A stretch of DNA of 64,000 nucleotides from Candidatus Levybacteria bacterium RIFCSPHIGHO2_02_FULL_40_18 (GTDB lineage Bacteria > Patescibacteriota > Microgenomatia > Levybacterales > GWA1-39-11): NCBI GenBank assembly GCA_001782235.1, contig MFOC01000007.1, positions 86,799-150,798 on the forward strand, written 5' to 3'. The notes below the pieces were generated by a model. The model searched no databases and was not told the origin of the DNA. It worked only from the letters and a program-made list of their open reading frames with translations. This document shows positions 36,628 through 45,856 of this stretch, piece by piece. Position 1 is the first letter of the stretch, and each line of letters opens with the position of its first letter. The translations under genes were made by a program, and so were the position numbers.

Positions 36628-39600
36628 ATGACACACGAAAATTTGACACCAAGAGACGCTATCAACTATTCTATAAATAGAATGCCAGAACCCATAATAG
36701 ATGGCCTACGAGGCGGCTCTGCCTCAAGTCGTTCAGTTCCGGGATATGATTCTTCCAGAACCGTAGATGAAATACAGGCTCAAAGAATTGTTGATGAGGT
36801 CAAATCCAAATCTTATTCTGCTAAAAGCAAATGGAGCAAAGAACAGGTTGATAAAAATGCCGGGCTTTCTGATGAGGAACGTCTTAGTCAAGCAGCTAAA
36901 ATTTTAAATCGGGAGCTTTCTCAAGAACAAAAAGACGCAGTCATTGGAACACATAAAATTAGCGAAGGCGAGATGGGAAAAGATGATAAACCTGTCAAAA
37001 TAGGAGAATACACACAGGCTCAAATTAAAAGAAAAGCCAATTCATTGAAAAAAGCAGGGTTTAATCTTGAAGAAAGGCGTGCTTTGCTTGAAAGCGGCAT
37101 TGCCGGCCTTCCTCTGGAAAGATTCGCCGCTATTAATCCTGACACATATACAGATCCTGAGATTAAAAATAAAACGGGGTTTGTAAAAACTATGGGGACA
37201 GAAGGAAACGCTGATTCGGAATTCTTACAGAATCAACTCTTTGAACTCAACTCTAGAATCGATAGGGGAACTGGGGACCTCAGAGAAGCAAGAACATTTC
37301 GGGATCAAATACAAGATCTTTTGACAGAGGCTCGTAGGCAAGAAACTGCAGAATTAGAAGAGAGAAGGCGTGCCGCGGAGGCAAGGTCTCCTACAGAGAG
37401 AAGGGGAGGCTATGAGCATCTTGAACGAACAGAGGAACAATTAAGAGCTATGACTCCTGAGGAACGTCAGAATTGGAGGGATCAAATTAAGCAGGCAATC
37501 AGAGAAGCGCCAGCCATCGATGCCTCTCGCTTCCCTGAACAACTTTTAGTAATAGCATTGAGCGATAAGGAACTTCGTGAGATGCTTCTCAATAGAATTC
37601 TTTTTAAACCCTATGAAGATACAACTGAGGCAAATATGTATAGGCTTAACTTTTACGCTGAGGGGAATCGCGACGATATTCTTGGGAAATTAGCCGAAAT
37701 AACTGATGGGAAATATGATTATTTTAAAAAACTTCAGACCGCGGTAGAGTTATTTCATGCAATGAATGTATCAACTGTCTCAGGAGACATAGAGCATTTA
37801 CTTGACTATGCTCGGCGAATAAATTTTGAACATTTTTCCTTAATGCAAGAGCTTCCAGGTCTCCCAGATGTCATGAGGCTTTATGAAGAGAAATACCAGG
37901 AGATTTTAGCAAGAGAAGGTAGAATAGCAACAGAGGGTTACAAAACATTAAAAAAAGAAGTAGAGAGAGCCTTCAATGAGATGAATGAAAAAGGGATTGT
38001 CAGAAGCGAATATGAAACGGAAAGGACTGGTGACAGGCCATGGATAATGGAAGACTGGGAAAGAACTAGGGCTATTAATGCGGGAAGAGCATTTTTTAAT
38101 ATTACCATTCGCGCAGCAGAACATATAGCAAATGGACAACTTGAGTCTGGAGGTAGAAAATGGACAGGATTTCCTCAGGAAGACGCTGTAAGACTTATGA
38201 ACTGGCCAAAATGGCTCGTTGAGAGATTTGAGGTTGCTATCCCTCGTGGAGGGCGTGCGTTTCTTGACAGAACAAGTAGAAACTACTTTGAATTTCTTGT
38301 TGAGCGCAAGCGAAAACTGGGGATAAATAGAATAGCCCAGCTTGGAGGAATGAGGGTTGATGAGCTTGAACTTGGGGCAATGTTTGGCGTAAGCGGAGTT
38401 TATAGCTCCTGGAGACTTGAGGCAATGCTATTTCCAAAGATCAAACTTGCCAATGGCCAGACACTTAGAGACTGGCTTGATGAGGAAGTCGGATATATAT
38501 CGCCGGACGGCAAGACAATTATGGCAAGAGGGAAAGACAGGCAGAGTCACTGGGTTGATAAAGGTATCTCCTTGCAGAAGCGGGCTGACTGGTTAGACCA
38601 GATTCAAGGAGATATTAAAAGCCAAGACCAGTTGCTCAAGTTTTTATCTCCTGTCATAGAAAATACAGACATTGCACTTGGTGTATTACTTAAGCAAGGT
38701 CTTACCTCAGGAGAGGTAGGATATAAGGTGAGAGAGAGAATTTGGCAAAGAGTTGCTGAAACAAATCTGCCTCTGATGATAAATTATCTTTCAAGCATTA
38801 GTGAAATGGATGATCCAATAGAGGTTGGTATAGGAGAACCTTTAAAAGGCGCACCAAAAGCTCAAAATCGCATAAGGCCAGATGACTGGACGTGCGGCGA
38901 AGAAGGGAGCGAGGAACGAAAGGAGGGAGATAGGAAGTGGAATGAGTTTAAAGAAAATGTTTTACTGCATCATGCCTGGGAAGTTAAACGCGCGGCGGGA
39001 GCAAATGTGTCAGAGGAGTCGCCTGTCCGTGATTATATTCGTGATCACCAAGATTTGATAGATAAAATTAAGCAAGAGGGGAGAGCACTTGCACCGCAAC
39101 TTGCAGATATTGTTTTTCCTTACGTTCCTTTTATGAATGACGTGCCATTTGAACTTATCGATTATGCAGGCCCGGGAGAAACATTCTACAAGAGGAGATT
39201 AGGCTCTGACCTTCCGAGCTTTAGCGCTGCAGAGCGCGCGTTTACAACCATTGTTAATAATCCGGGTGGGATAGGAGCAGAGAATGCACTTAAGGCATTT
39301 GATGAGATTGTAAAAGGAATTGAGAGTCCACAAGGGACACCGGATGCGCAGGAAAGGGTCTATCCAATGCTTTCTGCCTGGGGAGAATTTGTCCTGGCGC
39401 GTCCCGGGCATAGACAGATGATAATAAAGGCAGTTACAGAGATACTAAGAAAACCCACTTCCATTGCTCAGGAGTTTGCAGGAATGGATGCGGAATCTCT
39501 CGATGAAAATCAAATGCTGGCTGTTTTAGGAAATGCTACGAAAGCTGGAATTATAAGCCATGACCTTTACAATGAGATGAAGAAAAAAAAGCATCTGGGC

Positions 39601-39702
39601 ATTCTTTTTATCTTGTGGGCGCTTTTCCGTGATATTATTATAATGGCTCCGGCAATCGCAGCTTGGGAGATGGGTAAAGATACGATGAAGAAAGCGGCAT
39701 GA
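36628..39702 (+). CDS. giant hypothetical protein (about 1024 aa) with C-terminal TM anchor, island-specific
   Basis: The ORF track begins at 36481 inside the repeat element. The first ATG is 36628 (MTHENLTPRD). C-terminal hydrophobic HLGILFILWALFRDIIIMAPAIAAW. No known catalytic motif. Confidence 0.55.
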   Translation: MTHENLTPRDAINYSINRMPEPIIDGLRGGSASSRSVPGYDSSRTVDEIQAQRIVDEVKSKSYSAKSKWSKEQVDKNAGLSDEERLSQAAKILNRELSQEQKDAVIGTHKISEGEMGKDDKPVKIGEYTQAQIKRKANSLKKAGFNLEERRALLESGIAGLPLERFAAINPDTYTDPEIKNKTGFVKTMGTEGNADSEFLQNQLFELNSRIDRGTGDLREARTFRDQIQDLLTEARRQETAELEERRRAAEARSPTERRGGYEHLERTEEQLRAMTPEERQNWRDQIKQAIREAPAIDASRFPEQLLVIALSDKELREMLLNRILFKPYEDTTEANMYRLNFYAEGNRDDILGKLAEITDGKYDYFKKLQTAVELFHAMNVSTVSGDIEHLLDYARRINFEHFSLMQELPGLPDVMRLYEEKYQEILAREGRIATEGYKTLKKEVERAFNEMNEKGIVRSEYETERTGDRPWIMEDWERTRAINAGRAFFNITIRAAEHIANGQLESGGRKWTGFPQEDAVRLMNWPKWLVERFEVAIPRGGRAFLDRTSRNYFEFLVERKRKLGINRIAQLGGMRVDELELGAMFGVSGVYSSWRLEAMLFPKIKLANGQTLRDWLDEEVGYISPDGKTIMARGKDRQSHWVDKGISLQKRADWLDQIQGDIKSQDQLLKFLSPVIENTDIALGVLLKQGLTSGEVGYKVRERIWQRVAETNLPLMINYLSSISEMDDPIEVGIGEPLKGAPKAQNRIRPDDWTCGEEGSEERKEGDRKWNEFKENVLLHHAWEVKRAAGANVSEESPVRDYIRDHQDLIDKIKQEGRALAPQLADIVFPYVPFMNDVPFELIDYAGPGETFYKRRLGSDLPSFSAAERAFTTIVNNPGGIGAENALKAFDEIVKGIESPQGTPDAQERVYPMLSAWGEFVLARPGHRQMIIKAVTEILRKPTSIAQEFAGMDAESLDENQMLAVLGNATKAGIISHDLYNEMKKKKHLGILFILWALFRDIIIMAPAIAAWEMGKDTMKKAA

Positions 39703-39721
39703 AGCTTTTCTTGCTGTTCTT

Positions 39722-41335
39722 TTATCTAAAGACCCGTCTGAGAACAGCAGTAAGCCCTTTCTCACCCGCCAGTGGCATAGCGCCTTTTAGAGCTGCAAAA
39801 CCACCTCCAGCAGTTCCCCTAACAGTTCCTGTTATGACACCCAGTCCTCCTGCAACCGATCTTCCTATTGCTGCGGTGTACTTAAATTCGGGCGCTTTTA
39901 GAGCGTCCCTGACAATATTGACAACTTCAGGGGTCAAGAGAATTATTCCAAGACCAATTATTGACGCAAAGTTTGCTGGATCCAAAAAGTCTCCGGTAAG
40001 TGGTGGAACAAAAGGCGTTGTGCTTGGATCTTGTTTAGTAAAGCCACTCATAAAAGCCTTTCCAAAAAGAAACATGGCAATTGTTACCGGAAATACCGAG
40101 AGGTTTGATAATATTGATCTTATCCACGTTCCAAAACCAGATCTTCCCGGGATTAGCCCCGAGGCAATATAAAAGGGGGCAAGGACTACATTTATGAGGA
40201 CGTAGATATAGGATTTAATAAGTTGAAACCAAAGACGCAGGAGCGCTGCAAAAATTGCGATTATTATAATAAGGTACGTAACTGCACCTGCAAAAAATCC
40301 CAGAATTCTATTTCCAGACAGTTCATTCACCCCAAAACCTATTGCAAAACCTGCTACCGCCCCAGGGATCCCTCCGAAACTGCCAGCAGCCTTAGCTACT
40401 TTACCTAGCACTGAAGGTAGTCCACCTCCTGCGCCGCCCAACACGGTTCCAAAGATTCCGCCGACAATTCCTGCTAAAACATTCCCAAGAGTACCATCAA
40501 ATATAGATCGCACAATCCCTGAGATACTTTTAGCAACGCCTTCTGCAATTCCAGATATCCCCATGTCCTTTCCGGTGAGCGGGGCGCTGCCAAATCCTCC
40601 GGCTGCCGCAAAGGGGTTACTTGCCAACATACTTGTTGGGTCAATTCCTTGCTCGGCGAATATTGTCATAATTAAGTAGATTGAGACATACATAAGGTCC
40701 ACTAAAAACCCTGCGATTGCATAAGAGAAGGTAATCAAAACTAGAGCAATCACAATTTTTGGAATTTGATTTTGCATTGTCATAACGGTTCTGGGGTCAA
40801 TTTTTATTCTAAACATTATTCCAAGACCCACAATTATAAAAACAATTACAAAGAGAAGATAAGTCAAATTTCTAAAAGCCTGCCAGAGCTTAAGAGTGGG
40901 CGTAAGGGAATTAAAACCTAGGCTTCCCTCAGGTCCTTGCGCATATGTTTTTTTAACTATGCCAAAATTTGAAGCAACATAGCTTCCGTAATCATGAGTT
41001 GAGACAGGAATGTAAAAAGTTGCCGACATAAGATTTCCCAACATTCCAAGCGCTCCGCCTCCTCCCTCAACAAATCCTATTTTTCCAGTATTTGGATCTA
41101 TTCCAAGACACTTATTACCAGGATTGGCGGGATCAATTCCTGAGAGTTGACAAGAAGTTGCGGCGATAATTTCAATAAAGACGCTTTGGGTGTATGTATG
41201 GAAATTCTGCGGGACGTCCGGATTTGTGTTGAGGTAATTTGCATTAGGGTTTGGGAATTGAGCATTCGCGTTTGGTACAAAAATAAGGAACAATGAATAA
41301 AGAATAACGAATAAAGAGAGCAGTTTAAATATCAT
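39722..41335 (-). CDS. polytopic Gly-rich membrane protein, VirB6/TrbL-like candidate
   Basis: Signal/TM N-terminus, more than 6 TM helices, and Gly-rich loops (GGGGLPSVLGKVAKAAGSFGGIPGAVAGFAIGFG) as in TrbL/VirB6-type pore components. Assigned by topology only. Confidence 0.4.
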   Translation of the reverse strand: MIFKLLSLFVILYSLFLIFVPNANAQFPNPNANYLNTNPDVPQNFHTYTQSVFIEIIAATSCQLSGIDPANPGNKCLGIDPNTGKIGFVEGGGGALGMLGNLMSATFYIPVSTHDYGSYVASNFGIVKKTYAQGPEGSLGFNSLTPTLKLWQAFRNLTYLLFVIVFIIVGLGIMFRIKIDPRTVMTMQNQIPKIVIALVLITFSYAIAGFLVDLMYVSIYLIMTIFAEQGIDPTSMLASNPFAAAGGFGSAPLTGKDMGISGIAEGVAKSISGIVRSIFDGTLGNVLAGIVGGIFGTVLGGAGGGLPSVLGKVAKAAGSFGGIPGAVAGFAIGFGVNELSGNRILGFFAGAVTYLIIIIAIFAALLRLWFQLIKSYIYVLINVVLAPFYIASGLIPGRSGFGTWIRSILSNLSVFPVTIAMFLFGKAFMSGFTKQDPSTTPFVPPLTGDFLDPANFASIIGLGIILLTPEVVNIVRDALKAPEFKYTAAIGRSVAGGLGVITGTVRGTAGGGFAALKGAMPLAGEKGLTAVLRRVFR

Positions 41336-41344
41336 AATTGATTT

Positions 41345-41495
41345 TAGTATTTAGAAATTGGTTTTTGGACAATAGAAATTAGTAATAGAAAATAGAGAAT
41401 AGAAAATAGAAACAAATACTATTCTCCAAGTTCAAATTTCCATAACCATTTTCCAATTTCTTACAACTATTTTCTAATAAGTCTATTTTTAGTAT
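41345..41495. repeat. palindromic intergenic element (family copy 6)
   Basis: AGAAATTAGTAATAGAAAATAGAGAATAGAAAATAG is near-identical to the copy 3 core. Right arm ...CCATAACCATTTTCCAATTTCTTACAACTATTTTCTAAT. Confidence 0.6.
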
Positions 41496-41719
41496 GGGCT
41501 AAAAATATCGTAAATGTCAAATAGTTGGCTTGACCCCGCTAATCTTACCGTTCGCCTTTTTCCCGCCGATATTTTTCGGTCGGGATCCCGCACGAATGTA
41601 ATTCGTCGGGACAGTACTATTCGTACACGGCTCACGGAGCGATTTTAGAGGTGTCTTCTGTCGCTACGCTTCTTGACAATTGGTGTGGTTGGGGTTATTA
41701 TTATCAAAATCTTCATTAA

Positions 41720-42334
41720 ATGAAAAAAGTTGTCTTGGGATTACTGCTCCTGGCCCTCTTTTATTTAAGTACTCCTTCAAAAACACTTGCCCAAACTAAG
41801 CCTATACTTTCTCCTTCGCCCACGGAAGCCCTCATGTCAGAAGATAAACAAATGGAGAAAGAAAAAGAAGCCACGCAAAGTTCGCAGCCTGAGATAGATG
41901 AGTACCCGTTGCCCTATCCTGGAATCTTACCTGACAATCCGTTGCATTTTCTAAAGGCTCTCCGAGACAGGATAATTTTAATGCTAATGTCAGATCCTGT
42001 AAAAGAAGCGGAGTTTAATCTTTTAACATCGGACAAAAGAATTTATGCGGCACAACTTTTAGCAGACAAGGGAAAAGGACAACTTTCAATTTCAACTCTT
42101 TCAAAAAGCAATAACTATTTCCATAATGCAGTATCAAGCGCCGGGGAAGCCAAAAAGATGGGGAAAGATATTGATACAGTTTTACATAATATGAAAAAGT
42201 CTATTGTTAAACACCAACTGGTGCTGCCTATGATGGAGAATGTGCTCTCAAAAGACTTTGCAAGCCAGCTTCGGGCAGAGGGTGCGAGAATGGTAGAATT
42301 TGAAAGATCCGTAGATAGCCTTATCCTGCAGTAA
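41720..42334 (+). CDS. hypothetical secreted protein
   Basis: Signal peptide MKKVVLGLLLLALFYLSTPSKTLAQ. A consensus promoter TTGACA-17-TATTAT lies about 35 nt upstream. Confidence 0.5.
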   Translation: MKKVVLGLLLLALFYLSTPSKTLAQTKPILSPSPTEALMSEDKQMEKEKEATQSSQPEIDEYPLPYPGILPDNPLHFLKALRDRIILMLMSDPVKEAEFNLLTSDKRIYAAQLLADKGKGQLSISTLSKSNNYFHNAVSSAGEAKKMGKDIDTVLHNMKKSIVKHQLVLPMMENVLSKDFASQLRAEGARMVEFERSVDSLILQ

Positions 42335-42483
42335 CAATCTAATTCCCTAGTTAGATCATTTTTTTTACACACAAAAACAAAGTGCCCAACTAATTTTTTC
42401 GTCCCATCCGCCAACCGGCGGACTATTACCGCAAAACGAGGCTAAAACATCGATTGCCATAGTTTGATATACAACTTGATAGT

Positions 42484-42535
42484 TGACACGGCTGATATAG
42501 TGTTCTACTATTTTAGTTGACACTATATCTAGTAG
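42484..42535 (+). promoter_or_regulatory. nrdR-nrdJ promoter (TTGACA-17-TACTAT) with NrdR-box-like palindromes
   Basis: ACACTATATCTAGTAG (42520-42535) matches the NrdR box consensus acaCwAtATaTwGtgt. A half-box ...GATATAGTGT lies at 42494-42503. The repeat TAGTTGACAC appears twice. Confidence 0.45.
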
Positions 42536-42565
42536 TTTGCACCTTGAACAACCAGCCCAATTAAG

Positions 42566-42700
42566 CAGAAAATAGTTAATAGATAATAGAAAATAGTAAT
42601 GGAAGTTGGAAAATAGAAAATAGATTAAATACCAATTTCTAATATCTAATTTCCATAACTAATATCTAATTTCTAACAACTAATTTCTGTAATTTAGAAT
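42566..42700. repeat. palindromic intergenic element (family copy 7) forming the nrdR 5' leader
   Basis: GAAAATAGTTAATAGATAATAGAAAATAGTAATGGAAGTTGGAAAATAGAAAATAG ... CCAATTTCTAATATCTAATTTCCATAACTAATATCTAATTTCTAACAACTAATTTC. Confidence 0.6.
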
Positions 42701-42706
42701 TTAATT

Positions 42707-43156
42707 ATGCAGTGTCCTTATTGTAAAAGTGAAGATTCTGAAGTTGTTGAAACAAGGGTCTCGGATGATGGAACAAATATAAGGCGCAGAAGAAATTGCC
42801 TTTCATGCGGCAAGCGTTATACAACTTACGAGCGGATAGAAAACATCACTCTTATTGTCAAGAAAAAGGACGGAAGGCGCGAGCAATTTGATCGAGAGAA
42901 ACTTCGGCAAGGACTCATGAAAGCCTGCGAGAAGACAACGGTGTCACTTGATGCGATTAATAATATAGTAGACGAGGTTGAAAGAGAGTTAATATCTGGC
43001 GAGTCGGTTGAAATAGAAGCAAAGAAAATTGGTCAGATGGTTGCTCAAAAACTTAAGAAGCTTGACAAAGTAGCATACATAAGGTTTTCAAGCGTCTTCA
43101 AGAGATTCGTAGATCTTGAGGACTTTGAGAAAGAATTAAAAAAACTTATCAAATAA
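42707..43156 (+). CDS. nrdR: transcriptional repressor NrdR
   Basis: MQCPYCKSEDSEVVETRVSDDGTNIRRRRNCLSCGKRYTTYE zinc ribbon plus ATP-cone. Confidence 0.9.
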   Translation: MQCPYCKSEDSEVVETRVSDDGTNIRRRRNCLSCGKRYTTYERIENITLIVKKKDGRREQFDREKLRQGLMKACEKTTVSLDAINNIVDEVERELISGESVEIEAKKIGQMVAQKLKKLDKVAYIRFSSVFKRFVDLEDFEKELKKLIK

Positions 43157-43168
43157 CCAAATTCTATT

Positions 43169-45673
43169 ATGAAATTACAAGGACTTTCGCAAAAAGTATT
43201 TTTGGATCGCTATTCTTTAAAAGATAAGAAGGGGAAGGCTCTCGAAAAAACCCCTGACCGCATGTGGAGGAGAGTGGCCGCGGCTGTTGCCGGTGTTGAG
43301 ACAACTTCCCAAAATAAGAAGCGCTGGGAAAAGGAATTTTATTCTGCGATGCAGGATTTTAAATATGTTCCCGGAGGAAGAATTTTGGCAGGCGCTGGGA
43401 CCGGTTTTGAAGTTACCTACTATAATTGCTTTGTAATTCCATCCCCCAAAGACTCACGTGAAGGGATTCTTGAAACCCTCAAGCAAATGGTAGAGATTAT
43501 GGCTCGCGGTGGGGGAGTCGGAATAAATCTTTCTTCCTTGCGACCGCGCGGGTTTCGCGTTGAAAAAGTAAACGGCTTCTCTTCAGGTCCCTGCAATTGG
43601 GCAGAACTTTTCTCCGTTGCAACAAAAGACATTATTCAACAGGGAGGTAGTCGCCGAGGGGCATTAATGCTTATGCTCTGGGATTGGCATCCTGATATTG
43701 AAGAATTTATTACTGTTAAACAAGATCTTTCCCGTATAAATGGCGCAAACCTTTCTGTCTGTGTTTCAGATTCTTTCATGGAGCAGGTTGAGCGCGATGG
43801 AGATTGGGACCTTGTCTTTCCGGACAGAAGAGATCCCGAGTATGATACAAAATGGGACGGAGATATATACACATGGCGTGCAATGGGCAAAAAGGTTGTA
43901 AAACATAAGACTATCAAAGCGCGCTACATGTGGGATCTAATTGCCGAGGCCGCCTGGAGATCTGCAGAGCCGGGAGTTGTCTTCATGGAACGATACAATA
44001 AACTGCACAATAATTGGTATTGGAACCGAATTAACTGCGTAAATCCATGCGGAGAGGAGGGCTTGCCGCCGTGGGGAGTTTGCAATCTTGGATCAATTAA
44101 TCTTTCAGCTCTTGTTCACGGCGATAATATTGACAAGAAGGGAAAGTTTGATTTTTCTCTACTTAAGAAAGTCACTCGGGCCGCTGTCCGATTTCAAGAC
44201 AATGTTATTGAAATGGATCCTTATATTTTTGATGGGATCAAAAAGACCCAATATGAAGGAGAAAGAAGAATAGGTCTTGGGACAATGGGTCTTGGAGATG
44301 CTTTGATTAAGCTTCATTTAAGATATGGGTCACCTGAATCCCTTCAGTTTATCGATCGCGTTTATAGAATTATAAGAGACGAGGCGTATAGGACCTCAGT
44401 TGAAATTGGCGCTGAGAAAGGATCTTTTGGAAAGTTTGACAAAAAACTTTATCCTCAGGGCAAGTTCATACAACTGTTGCCTGCTGATATTCAGAATGGA
44501 ATTAAGAAAAAAGGCATTAGAAATTCCATACTTCTTATGCAAGCGCCAACCGGGTCAACATCTCTTCTTGTTAATACAACCTCTGGAATTGAGCCGGTTT
44601 TTGAATTCGAATTTGTGAGGCGCGATAGAATAGGCGAGCATGTTGTCCGCCACTACTTATATGAACAATGGTATAAAAAACACGGCAAGGATATTGAGGC
44701 AGGCAAAATTGAGCGGCCCGATTTCTTTGTGTCGGCGAATGATCTGACGCCAGAAGATCATGTCAGGGCTCAGGCAATAATTCAAAAATATGTTGATGCA
44801 TCTATTTCAAAAACAGTTAATGCGCCTAATGCCCACACAGTTGAAGAAGTAAAAAAGCTTTACAACATGGCATACAAACTTGGTTGCAAAGGCGTTACAT
44901 ATATGAGAGAAGGATCCCGCGCAGGGGTCTTGGAACGCATAGATGATAAGAAGAAGGAAGAAGCTCCAAAGGTTGAAGTAAAAGCCCCACCGGTTACAAA
45001 GAGGCCGCCTGTTATGTATGGCTTGACTTACAAAACCCAAACGCCACTTGGAGACGCATTCATTACTATCAATAAAGATGAAGGAGGAAATCCCTTTGAA
45101 GCCTTTATAACCATTGGCAAATCAGGTTCTGATGTTGCTGCCATGACTGATGCTTTGGGCCGAATGATTTCCCTGACTCTTCGCCTTCAGAGTCCTATAC
45201 CGGCACGAGAACGCGTCAGACAGATTGTCGCACAGCTTTCGGGAATCGGCGGCATGAGAACAATCGGATTTGGAGAAAACAGGGTTCGGTCTGTGCCTGA
45301 TGCTGTAGCAAAAGTTTTAGCAGAGGAATTTGGATTTTCAGTCAACGGGATAGTTCGTGATCTAAAGACTTCGGAAAATACCGTAACAAACGGCCAGGTA
45401 GTTTCGGTATCGAATGGCGCAAACGGAAACGGAATTGTGGCAAAAACAAATGGCATCGTCACAAGTGCCAATGGTATAGCAAGTCCTGCGACTGCGCTAA
45501 ATGAATCGCAAAGCGAGGCGGCAGAGCAGACAGTTGTTATGGAACAATTAAGTATTGGGAGTGAGACCTCGACGCATAGCGCATTTGATTTTTGTCCCTC
45601 ATGCGGAGCAGCAACGCTCGCGCATGAAGAGGGATGCAAAAAATGCTATAGCTGCGGCTATAGTGAATGTTAA
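43169..45673 (+). CDS. nrdJ: class II (adenosylcobalamin-dependent) ribonucleotide reductase NrdJ
   Basis: About 830 aa, N-terminal KVFLDRYSLKD..., active-site Cys/Asn/Glu region (NPCGEEGLPPWGVCNLGSINL), and C-terminal Zn ribbon CPSCGA...CKKCYSCG. It follows nrdR. Confidence 0.9.
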   Translation: MKLQGLSQKVFLDRYSLKDKKGKALEKTPDRMWRRVAAAVAGVETTSQNKKRWEKEFYSAMQDFKYVPGGRILAGAGTGFEVTYYNCFVIPSPKDSREGILETLKQMVEIMARGGGVGINLSSLRPRGFRVEKVNGFSSGPCNWAELFSVATKDIIQQGGSRRGALMLMLWDWHPDIEEFITVKQDLSRINGANLSVCVSDSFMEQVERDGDWDLVFPDRRDPEYDTKWDGDIYTWRAMGKKVVKHKTIKARYMWDLIAEAAWRSAEPGVVFMERYNKLHNNWYWNRINCVNPCGEEGLPPWGVCNLGSINLSALVHGDNIDKKGKFDFSLLKKVTRAAVRFQDNVIEMDPYIFDGIKKTQYEGERRIGLGTMGLGDALIKLHLRYGSPESLQFIDRVYRIIRDEAYRTSVEIGAEKGSFGKFDKKLYPQGKFIQLLPADIQNGIKKKGIRNSILLMQAPTGSTSLLVNTTSGIEPVFEFEFVRRDRIGEHVVRHYLYEQWYKKHGKDIEAGKIERPDFFVSANDLTPEDHVRAQAIIQKYVDASISKTVNAPNAHTVEEVKKLYNMAYKLGCKGVTYMREGSRAGVLERIDDKKKEEAPKVEVKAPPVTKRPPVMYGLTYKTQTPLGDAFITINKDEGGNPFEAFITIGKSGSDVAAMTDALGRMISLTLRLQSPIPARERVRQIVAQLSGIGGMRTIGFGENRVRSVPDAVAKVLAEEFGFSVNGIVRDLKTSENTVTNGQVVSVSNGANGNGIVAKTNGIVTSANGIASPATALNESQSEAAEQTVVMEQLSIGSETSTHSAFDFCPSCGAATLAHEEGCKKCYSCGYSEC

Positions 45674-45689
45674 GTTAGCAATTAGCAAT

Positions 45690-45840
45690 TAGTTTCAAAT
45701 AAGAGTATATATTTGGTAATCGCCGTGAAAGTCGGCGGAACTGCCGGTACTGTAATATCCAGAAAACAATATATACTTTCATCCCCGAGCAGGGTTAAGC
45801 GAAGAAGAATTCCTCTCGGGTTATCGAGAGGTTTTTTTGT
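45690..45840 (+). promoter_or_regulatory. cobalamin-riboswitch-like leader plus intrinsic terminator upstream of the PduO adenosyltransferase gene
   Basis: GGTAATCGCCGTGAAAGTCGGCGGAACTGCCGGTACTGTAAT resembles the AdoCbl aptamer core (GGGAAGCCGGTGAAAATCCGGCGCGGTCCCGCCACTGTAA, from memory). It is followed by the hairpin CCTCTCGGGTTATCGAGAGG plus T7. Confidence 0.45.
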
Positions 45841-45856
45841 GAGCAATAGTTGAACT

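Noticed and set aside
9996-42700. Interpreting the GAAAATAG-word elements as CRISPR arrays or rRNA fragments
   Set aside because: There are no regularly spaced identical repeats and no rRNA signature. Each element is one purine arm plus its inverse.
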